Source: an uncultured Candidatus Saccharibacteria bacterium
GTDB lineage: Bacteria > Patescibacteriota > WWE3 > UBA101185 > UBA10185
Reading direction: 5' to 3'
NCBI GenBank assembly: GCA_964385105.1
Contig: CAYLMU010000002.1
Span: forward strand, 53,672-117,671
DNA length: 64,000 bases
The notes under the pieces are model-generated. The model searched no databases. It had not been told where the DNA came from and saw nothing but the letters and a program-made list of their open reading frames with translations. Made by a program: the position numbers and the translations under genes. Positions 57,092 through 64,000 of this stretch are shown one piece after another; the first letter of the stretch is position 1, and each line of letters opens with the position of its first letter.

Positions 57092-57963
57092 TGGATAATC
57101 AAGCACCACCAATACCACCTATTCAAGTTGAAGAGCATGAAAAGAAAAAATTAGATACATTAGCCTTTAAGAGGTTTATAGCAAATTTTCTTATTCCTAT
57201 AACTGCCCTGATAATTTCAGCACTCTTGTTTATTTTTGTAATTCTGCCTTCTATAAATGAAATACCACTGCTTCGTGCAGATTTGAATGAAAAACAAGCG
57301 CTTGTTGACCAGCTTGATGCAAAGCTATTAAAATTGCGCAATCTTACTGATTTTAAAGGTAGTGTTGATGAAAATAATGAATTACTATCAACGGTTTTGG
57401 TTGAAGAACCGCTTGTTCCTCAATTGCTGACCCAAATTGACCGGATTGCCGGTGAATCAGGAGTAACTATTACAAAAATTAACTATGCTACAAGCGAAAA
57501 CACAGGTCCGGCCGATCCGAATGCCGAGGTTGTTAAACCTCCATATAATGTTGTTACAATTAATGTTGGCAGTGACAGCACTTATGACCAAATCGTTACA
57601 TTTTTATCAAATCTTGAAAATGCAGGCAGAGTTGTTGATATTAACAGTATCAGATTTAACACACTCGAAGATGAAGAAAGATCCGGAATATTTTCATCCT
57701 CATTTGTTATTTCTTCACCATATGTAAAAGTTGAAACAAGTGCAGTAACAGATGATCCGATTTCTTTTGATTTAGCTAATGCCCAGTTTCAAAACCTAAT
57801 GAGTAAGCTCAAGGCTTTGAAAATATACGATATTTCAATAGATGAGGTTATTGACATTCAAAATCTTCCTAATGACGCTACAAATGAAGATGAAGAGCCT
57901 ACAGAAGTAAGCGACATTGAAGAAAGTGAAATAATGCCCGAGCAACCTGAGCCTGTATTTTAA
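57091..57963 (+). CDS. pilO: PilO-like bitopic protein with acidic C-terminal tail
   Basis: TM helix, then a coiled coil LLRADLNEKQALVDQLDAKLLKL. Confidence 0.65.
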   Translation: MDNQAPPIPPIQVEEHEKKKLDTLAFKRFIANFLIPITALIISALLFIFVILPSINEIPLLRADLNEKQALVDQLDAKLLKLRNLTDFKGSVDENNELLSTVLVEEPLVPQLLTQIDRIAGESGVTITKINYATSENTGPADPNAEVVKPPYNVVTINVGSDSTYDQIVTFLSNLENAGRVVDINSIRFNTLEDEERSGIFSSSFVISSPYVKVETSAVTDDPISFDLANAQFQNLMSKLKALKIYDISIDEVIDIQNLPNDATNEDEEPTEVSDIEESEIMPEQPEPVF

Positions 57964-57987
57964 AAGAATATCAGATAGTATAGATAT

Positions 57988-58653
57988 TTATTTACGGTGT
58001 TTTGTTCTCCATTCTTCGATTTGTTTATGATTGCCCGATAGCAAGATTTCCGGTACTCTTAAGCCCATAAAGTCTTCAGGGCGTGTGTATTGTGGATATT
58101 CAATGTCACTTCCCTTTGAAAATGATTCTATTTGAGTTGCGCTTTCTTTTTCAATAACACCGGGTAAAATTCTTGTTACCGATTCCATAATTACCAGTGC
58201 CGGAACTTCCCCGCCAGATAAAATGTAGTTACCTATTGAAATGGGCATTACTCTTACACCAATAAGATTTTCAAAATCTATAATTCTGTTATCTATTCCT
58301 TCATATCGGCCACAGATTAATGCAATTTGTTCAAGTTTAGTAAATTTACCGGCAAATTCTTGAGTATACACTTCTCCGCTTGGCATCAAAGGAACAATTA
58401 AGCTGTTTTCTTTGCTTTTATTTTTGTAAATGTCGTTTAAAGCATCATAAACAGGTTCAGGCCTAAGAATCATTCCCACACCGCCACCATAGGGTTTATC
58501 GTCTACTGTTCCATGTTTGTCTATAGCATAATTACGCAGATGATGCACTGTAACTTTAATTATTTGCTTTTCTATAGCTCGTTTAAACGGAAGTTCATTG
58601 AGATGGGGTTCTATTAACTGCGGAAAAAGTGTTATAACATCAAAATTTAGCAT
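57988..58653 (-). CDS. trmD: tRNA (guanine37-N1)-methyltransferase
   Basis: FDVITLFP...YGGGVGMIL...SGNH; SPOUT knot. Confidence 0.9.
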   Translation of the reverse strand: MLNFDVITLFPQLIEPHLNELPFKRAIEKQIIKVTVHHLRNYAIDKHGTVDDKPYGGGVGMILRPEPVYDALNDIYKNKSKENSLIVPLMPSGEVYTQEFAGKFTKLEQIALICGRYEGIDNRIIDFENLIGVRVMPISIGNYILSGGEVPALVIMESVTRILPGVIEKESATQIESFSKGSDIEYPQYTRPEDFMGLRVPEILLSGNHKQIEEWRTKHRK

Positions 58654-58874
58654 AATTCAAGGTATACTTTGACACCTTCTTTAATTGCTTTTGCTTTAGT
58701 AAGAGACCTTAAGCTGTTTATTGTTTTACCGTCTTTTCCAATTACAATGCCCATATCTTCTTGAGCGACACATGCTTTGAGATTAACAATTGTGCCTTCA
58801 ATTACTTCTTCAACTTTAACTTTATCGGGGTCATTTACTATCTGTTTTAATAAAAATTCAACAAAGTCTTTCAT
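58647..58874 (-). CDS. KH-domain RNA-binding protein (YlqC/UPF0109 family)
   Basis: IVIGKDGKTINSLRSL GXXG loop; lies between rpsP and trmD as in many bacteria. Confidence 0.75.
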   Translation of the reverse strand: MKDFVEFLLKQIVNDPDKVKVEEVIEGTIVNLKACVAQEDMGIVIGKDGKTINSLRSLTKAKAIKEGVKVYLELC

Positions 58875-59246
58875 TTATGCTTCTTCAGAAACTTCTTCTG
58901 CCTTTTCAACTTCTTCAGTAGCGTCGGCAACATCACTGGTTTCGGCGCTTTCAGACGGTTCAGTATTTACTGACTCTTGGTTTTTTTTATGAGGAGCATA
59001 AGGTTTGTGCACATAAGTTCCGTTTTTTAAATCTTCAACGGCTTTTGTTACATCTGCACCTTTACCAACCCATTCCTTATATTTATCTTCATTTAATGCA
59101 AATGATTCAGGATTTTGAGAGGGGTTGTAGTGCCCGATTATATCTAAAAATCTTCCATATCTTTTATCACGTGTGTTCATTACAACAATTTTATAAGCCG
59201 GGGCATTTTTCTTTCCTACTCTTGATAATCTGATGGTTATTGACAT
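58875..59246 (-). CDS. rpsP: 30S ribosomal protein S16 with acidic C-terminal extension
   Basis: MSITIRLSRVGKKNAPAYKIVV; the track ORF starts 8 codons earlier. Confidence 0.85.
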   Translation of the reverse strand: MSITIRLSRVGKKNAPAYKIVVMNTRDKRYGRFLDIIGHYNPSQNPESFALNEDKYKEWVGKGADVTKAVEDLKNGTYVHKPYAPHKKNQESVNTEPSESAETSDVADATEEVEKAEEVSEEA

Positions 59247-59259
59247 AGGTCGAATTGTA

Positions 59260-59952
59260 TCAGACGGCATTAAGCTTGTCCAATGCTTTTAAAGCCGCTT
59301 CCTGTTCGGCTTTTTGTTTACTACCGCCTTCTCCGACACCATAGAGTGTGTCATCTAAATAAACACCTACTTTAAAAATTTTTTCATGGTCAGGCCCCCA
59401 TGAATTCATTACTCTGTAATTTGGAGTAATTCCAATCTTTTCCTGGGCTTTTTCTTGAAATTTTGATTTAGCATCTTTATAAGATTGTTCGCTTATTATG
59501 TCGCCCATTTTGTACAAAAGCTCTTTTTCAATAAATTCTCTGCATTTGTCCAGGCCTTTATCTAAATACATTGCTCCAAGAACTGCTTCAAATGTGTTAG
59601 CTAAAATATATTCTCTTTCTCTACCCCCGGATGCTTCTTCACCTTTAGACAAGTACAATAATTCACCATAACCAAGTCGGCCTGCTTCTGCAGCCAAAGA
59701 CTGGGTGTTTACAATTGCAGATCTGTAGTTTGTTAAAACACCTTCAGGGTCAGTATAGTTTTTATACAAAAATTCAGATGATAACAGTTGCAATACAGCG
59801 TCACCCAAAAATTCCAACCTTTCATTTGACGGATTTTTATAATCGGTATGCTCATTTAAATAAGATCTGTGAGTAAAGGCTGTTTCAAAAAGTTCAGTGT
59901 TATTTATTTTTATCCCAAGGATTTTTTCAGCTTTGTTTAAGTCAAACCCCAT
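59260..59952 (-). CDS. rnc: Ribonuclease III
   Basis: ERLEFLGDAVLQLLSSEFLY signature plus a dsRBD. Confidence 0.9.
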   Translation of the reverse strand: MGFDLNKAEKILGIKINNTELFETAFTHRSYLNEHTDYKNPSNERLEFLGDAVLQLLSSEFLYKNYTDPEGVLTNYRSAIVNTQSLAAEAGRLGYGELLYLSKGEEASGGREREYILANTFEAVLGAMYLDKGLDKCREFIEKELLYKMGDIISEQSYKDAKSKFQEKAQEKIGITPNYRVMNSWGPDHEKIFKVGVYLDDTLYGVGEGGSKQKAEQEAALKALDKLNAV

Positions 59953-59956
59953 ATAA

Positions 59957-60199
59957 CTATTCTACCTTGTCTAACGCTATTTCCAAAAGCTGCTCTACAG
60001 TTTCAATCACATCTTTTTGTTCCAAAATACCTTCTACTTCCAATGCTTCTTCAACATCACTAAAAATTTCAACCTGCTCCATTGGACCTAAATTTAAGTC
60101 GTCTTCCAGATACATTTGTGAAGTAATTTCATTCGGTTCCATACCGGTTTTATCTGAAATAATTTCTTTTATTTGATCAAATATTTCGTTACGATCCAT
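59957..60199 (-). CDS. Acyl-carrier-protein-like protein lacking the conserved phosphopantetheine-attachment Ser (GADSLD is replaced by NLGPME)
   Basis: Aligns with ACP helices; AAGGAG SD 9 nt upstream of the ATG at 60199. Confidence 0.55.
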   Translation of the reverse strand: MDRNEIFDQIKEIISDKTGMEPNEITSQMYLEDDLNLGPMEQVEIFSDVEEALEVEGILEQKDVIETVEQLLEIALDKVE

Positions 60200-60629
60200 T
60201 TTTTGTTTTCTCCTTAATTTCAACGACAGTTCCTAAAACGCCATTTACAAATTTTTGTGCTGTATCGCCGCCAAATTCTTTTGCCAGTTCTACCGCTTCG
60301 TCAATTACAACTTTGTCAGGAACTTCATCGTTGTATAAAATTTCAAATACTGCGATTCTTAAAATTATTAAATCAACCTTGGATATTTTGTCAATAGGCC
60401 AGTCGGGAGCACAATCCTGAATAATCTTATCAATTTCTTCTCTATGTTCAGTAATTCCCTCAATAATTTTATTTGTTAGGCTTACATCAACTTCACTATC
60501 ATCAAACTCTAAAAGCTCTTTTGTTAAGTTCTGACACGATTGAAAATCAGGCTCCGAAAACAACCAGCAAAAAAGTGACCCTAAAGCAAGTTTTCTGGCA
60601 TTATGTCTTGGGTCACTGGTTGACTTCAT
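60189..60629 (-). CDS. nusB: Transcription antitermination factor NusB
   Basis: ARKLALGSLF...RIAVFEILY...AQKFVNGVLG. Confidence 0.85.
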   Translation of the reverse strand: MKSTSDPRHNARKLALGSLFCWLFSEPDFQSCQNLTKELLEFDDSEVDVSLTNKIIEGITEHREEIDKIIQDCAPDWPIDKISKVDLIILRIAVFEILYNDEVPDKVVIDEAVELAKEFGGDTAQKFVNGVLGTVVEIKEKTKNGS

Positions 60630-60669
60630 TTTTAAAAATATAAATTTAAAACGTACTTACGTTATTTTG

Positions 60670-60825
60670 TTACTTTTCGCTGCCACATTCTGCACAAACT
60701 CTATGAGGAAGCTTTTGAGCTCCGCATTGTTGACAAACTTGCGTATTAACTGCAGATTGCTGTAGCTTTTCATTTCTTTTTATTCTTGTTCTTTGTTTGC
60801 TATGTTTTCTTTTTGGTACCGGCAT
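60670..60825 (-). CDS. rpmF: 50S ribosomal protein L32 (51 aa); not in the ORF track
   Basis: My own translation: MPVPKRKHSKQRTRIKRNEKLQQSAVNTQVCQQCGAQKLPHRVCAECGSEK, with a CxxC...CxxC zinc ribbon. Confidence 0.8.
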   Translation of the reverse strand: MPVPKRKHSKQRTRIKRNEKLQQSAVNTQVCQQCGAQKLPHRVCAECGSEK

Positions 60826-60965
60826 TTTTAATTCCCTACTAAATCAGACTAACACTTAATTTAGGCTTAGGCAATATACATTAACGAGTAAAGATTTGTC
60901 AATAATTGTACTATGGGATATACTTTTTGAGTTAGAGACTATATAAGCTAATAGGAGAGTATAGC

Positions 60966-61238
60966 GTGAGATTCAGTAATAAGAGTGTGATGCAACTCAA
61001 AAGTGAAATTTCTAAGCAGGTTACTAAGGCAAAGACTTTTAGGGACACAGCTCTACAAAGCGCTGCACAATCAAGGCCTGAGGATTGGCTGGGTAGAATC
61101 AAAGTTTGCTTTGTAGTTATAGAGTTTAATATCCAATCTCTTAAGCGCAGTAACGCAAGTGAAGAAATAATGAAATGGGCTCAAGAGCAACTAAAGGTTG
61201 TGAAAGGATATTTTAATGAGGTGAAAGAGAAGGAATAA
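60966..61238 (+). CDS. Small hypothetical protein (90 aa), GTG start
   Basis: AGGAGAG SD upstream of the GTG. Confidence 0.4.
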   Translation: MRFSNKSVMQLKSEISKQVTKAKTFRDTALQSAAQSRPEDWLGRIKVCFVVIEFNIQSLKRSNASEEIMKWAQEQLKVVKGYFNEVKEKE

Positions 61239-61307
61239 TTTGCGGGACTGCTGGCGATGACAAATATTTTATCGCCAACAGTCTCTGTATTTTCTAATGA
61301 TATTAAG

Positions 61308-61853
61308 TTAATGAGTAAGTATTGAAACCAGGCTTTTTCCGAATTTTCTTTGGGTTACAAGTGTAAAATCGGTACCTTCTATTTGAGATTCGATCTCAAG
61401 GTCAGTTCCATGCAAAAAAGCTATAAACCCACCGACATTTAAAATTTCCTGAAGATTTTTCATTAAAAACCTGTGTTTTAAGTCGTCGTAAAAAGGGTCG
61501 GCAAAAATAACATCATATTTACTTCGGGTATCTGCAACATATCGCAAGACACTTTCTTGAATAACTTCTGCTTTGTCGTGCAAATTTGTAAGTTTAAGAT
61601 TCTCATTTATTGTATCAACAGCTTTTTTATTTTCGTCTACAAAGTCACACCAACTTGCTCCTCGGCTTAATGCTTCAAGCCCAAGACTTCCGCTTCCTGC
61701 ATATAGGTCAAGGCATTTGGCGTCTTTTACAGCCTCCTCGGTGATAATTGAAAATAAAGCAAGTTTCATAATGTCTTGAGGTAGACGAATGTTTTCTATG
61801 TCAGGAACTTTTATTTTTATGTTTTTGGCGCTGCCTGTTGTAATTCTTGGCAT
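61308..61853 (-). CDS. rsmD: 16S rRNA (guanine966-N2)-methyltransferase RsmD
   Basis: LDLYAGSGSLGLEALSRGA SAM motif; DPFY (DPPY-like) motif. Confidence 0.8.
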   Translation of the reverse strand: MPRITTGSAKNIKIKVPDIENIRLPQDIMKLALFSIITEEAVKDAKCLDLYAGSGSLGLEALSRGASWCDFVDENKKAVDTINENLKLTNLHDKAEVIQESVLRYVADTRSKYDVIFADPFYDDLKHRFLMKNLQEILNVGGFIAFLHGTDLEIESQIEGTDFTLVTQRKFGKSLVSILTH

Positions 61854-61876
61854 GGGAGTATTTTAGCAGAAAACCG

Positions 61877-63910
61877 TCAGTTGTTACCTATATATTTTAA
61901 ACCCATGGATTCCAGCTTTTGTTTTAATAGCTTGTGGTCGTTTAATTGCGGGTACAATACTTCTGCCTCGGTTTTTGCCCTTTCAAGAATTTTTATGTTT
62001 GTTATGTCAGCAACCTTAAATTGTTTAAATCCATGTTGCTGAGTTCCAAAAATATCACCTTGTCCGCGGTATTCCATGTCTATTTCTGCAAGCTGTAGGC
62101 CGTTATCTATTTGTTCAAGATTTTTTAGCCTTTCAAATGACGGCCTGGTAAATTGAGACATAAATATAAAACAAAATCCTTCTTTTTTACCACGGCCTAC
62201 CCTTCCCCTTAATTGGTGTAATGATGCCAAGCCATATCGTTCTGCGCTTTCAATTACAATTATTGTTGCCTCGGGAACATCAACTCCTACCTCAATAACC
62301 GGCGTAGACACCAAAATTTGAATTTTGCCTTCTCTAAAATCGTTCATAACCGTCTGTTTTTCGTCATTTTTCATTTTGCCGTGCAACAATCCCACATTTA
62401 AACCTTTAAAAACTCCATTTTTTAATTTTTCATATTCGGTTTGTGCAGCTTTTACGTTTTCAAAGGCCTCGTGGTCGGATTCTTCAATAAATGGGCAAAC
62501 AATAAAAGTTTGTTCACCTTTTTGCCTAATCCACTCAAACACTTTTTCTCGGTTTTTGTCATAAACAACTTTTGTAGTTATTTTTTTGTCTTTGTTTGGA
62601 ACAGCGTCTAATACCGAAATTTCAAGGTCGCCGTATAAAGTTAGTGCAAGTGTTCTTGGAATTGGAGTTGCAGTCATTGTTAAAAGGTTAGGTTTTTTGC
62701 CGTTTGCACCCATTTGAGCAATTTTGGTTCGCTGCTCTACCCCAAATCTGTGCTGTTCATCAATTATTACAAGGCCAACATTGGTAATTGGCTTTTTTTC
62801 AAATAAAAGGGCATGTGTGCCGATAATTATAGAGTCTTCATTTTCGTGAATATCTTCTTTTGTGGTACCGGTTGTTAGTTTTATGTCAACGTCAAAATCG
62901 CTTAAAAAGTTTTTAAATGTTTGGTAGTGTTGTTTTGCCAAAATTTCTGTTGGAGCCATGTAAAGTGTTTTGTAGCCTTCCAAATGTGATAAATATGCTA
63001 TGGCTATGGCTACGATTGTCTTCCCGGAACCTACGTCACCTTCAAGTAGCCTATTCATAGGATGTGCTTGTTCCAGGTCTTCCGCAATTTCTGCTATAGC
63101 CTTACTTTGTGTTTCTGTTAAAGCAAATGGTAAGTTTTGTATAAATTTTTCGATTTGTTTCTGATGTTTTTTGTAATCTAAGTGCAAGCCTTCATATTTT
63201 GTGTTCCAGGTTTCTTTACGCTCTTGAACCTTAAGAAGCTCAAGCAAAAGCTCGCCAAATGCTAATCTTTCTTTTGCGGTAAATATTTGCGCCTCGTTTT
63301 CAGGAAAGTGAATTTGATAAAGAGATTTATCTAAAGTAATTAATGAATGGCGATTTAAAGTAATTTCGGGTAAATATTCTTTGATTTCGTTTTTGTATTT
63401 TAAAACTTTTGTGACGTCGTTAATCCTAGACCTCAACCATTTTGAACTTATACCCTTAGTTTCACTATATACCGGAACAAGTCGCCCTGTATTTAACGTG
63501 TTTTCTTTTACTTCTTCAAAAACCGGCGCCACTAAAGTAATTTTTCGTGCAAATTCTTGGGTTTTTCCGCTAAAGTAATAGCTATTCCCCACTTTTAGCG
63601 TATTTTTTAAATAATGTTGATTAAACCAGGTCATTTCTATTTTACCGGTTAGGTCTGCTGCCCACGCTTTTGTTAATTTTTTGCCTGTTTTTGAATAAAT
63701 GTTTTCTATTTTTTCGAGTGTGGCTTCAATTGTGACTTCTTCATTTGGTATAAGGTCAGCAATACTTTTAACTTGTGAATAATCTTCATACCTAAAAGGA
63801 ATATGATACAAAAGGTCTTCCACAGTGTATATGTTTAGCTTATTTAGCAGCTTTTCAAATGTAGGACCAACTTTTGGCACTTTATTTATTGGCGAATCCA
63901 GGTTGAACAT
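61877..63910 (-). CDS. recG: ATP-dependent DNA helicase RecG
   Basis: Wedge domain; GDVGSGKT Walker A; DEQH; TATPIPRT. Confidence 0.9.
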   Translation of the reverse strand: MFNLDSPINKVPKVGPTFEKLLNKLNIYTVEDLLYHIPFRYEDYSQVKSIADLIPNEEVTIEATLEKIENIYSKTGKKLTKAWAADLTGKIEMTWFNQHYLKNTLKVGNSYYFSGKTQEFARKITLVAPVFEEVKENTLNTGRLVPVYSETKGISSKWLRSRINDVTKVLKYKNEIKEYLPEITLNRHSLITLDKSLYQIHFPENEAQIFTAKERLAFGELLLELLKVQERKETWNTKYEGLHLDYKKHQKQIEKFIQNLPFALTETQSKAIAEIAEDLEQAHPMNRLLEGDVGSGKTIVAIAIAYLSHLEGYKTLYMAPTEILAKQHYQTFKNFLSDFDVDIKLTTGTTKEDIHENEDSIIIGTHALLFEKKPITNVGLVIIDEQHRFGVEQRTKIAQMGANGKKPNLLTMTATPIPRTLALTLYGDLEISVLDAVPNKDKKITTKVVYDKNREKVFEWIRQKGEQTFIVCPFIEESDHEAFENVKAAQTEYEKLKNGVFKGLNVGLLHGKMKNDEKQTVMNDFREGKIQILVSTPVIEVGVDVPEATIIVIESAERYGLASLHQLRGRVGRGKKEGFCFIFMSQFTRPSFERLKNLEQIDNGLQLAEIDMEYRGQGDIFGTQQHGFKQFKVADITNIKILERAKTEAEVLYPQLNDHKLLKQKLESMGLKYIGNN

Positions 63911-64000
63911 GTGTTTATTTTAACAGGTAAAAAAATGGAACTTCCGTGGGAATGAAGTTCCAGTATTTTATGATTAAAATTTAGCCTTTTTCAACATAGA

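Noticed and set aside
1-64000. Alternative genetic code (UGA=Gly, code 25) as in some CPR lineages
   Set aside because: Standard-code ORFs are full length with recognisable termini. UGA serves as a stop at the 7940-7942 ATGA junction. RF1 is present and no gene needs UGA read-through.
1-64000. CRISPR arrays, IS elements or prophage genes
   Set aside because: There are no regularly spaced direct repeats and no transposase or integrase-like ORFs apart from the housekeeping XerC/D-type recombinase. xerC/D has no flanking att-like repeats that I could see.

Overview
This is a low-GC (roughly 35-40%), tightly packed bacterial chromosome segment with many overlapping genes (ATGA-type junctions) and strong GGAGG-like ribosome-binding sites on most genes. 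Standard genetic code is in use: UGA acts as a stop, for example at the 7940-7942 junction. Most of the content is housekeeping: hisS, ychF, the rpsF-ssb-rpsR cluster, prfA, tgt, rpmE, dnaB, efp, gyrA, gyrB, a holB-like clamp-loader subunit, xerC/D-type recombinase, rnhB, the trmD-KH-rpsP-rnc-acp-nusB-rpmF block, rsmD and recG. Two tRNAs are present, Ile-GAU on the minus strand and Leu-CAA on the plus strand. There are no rRNA genes, CRISPR arrays or obvious transposases. The dominant accessory element is an 18-kb type IV pilus (T4P) locus of the monoderm/CPR type at about 39.9-58.0 kb: pilB, pilT, pilC, a pilin, pilD, then a 1-kb insert carrying a small secreted protein. After the insert come a membrane protein, a 992-aa Cys-rich secreted candidate adhesin, two PilX-like paralogs, a second strongly expressed pilin, five pseudopilins, and pilM, pilN and pilO. 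No PilQ secretin is present. Other notable items are an 870-bp gene-free AT-rich region (28.2-29.1 kb) with DnaA-box-like 9-mers, a recurring TGTCATA(A/T) element, and two GC-rich structured non-coding regions (2.8-3.07 kb and 36.5-36.95 kb). Further items are unannotated small genes with strong SDs (including rpmF), a membrane-tethered DksA/TraR zinc-finger protein and two tandem REC-only response regulators. There are also an 829-aa membrane-anchored FtsK/HerA/VirD4-superfamily ATPase next to an LCP-family protein, an ACP-like protein lacking the phosphopantetheine-attachment Ser, and an EF-P with Arg at the modification position. All functional calls come from reading motifs in the translated ORFs. 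No database search was run.
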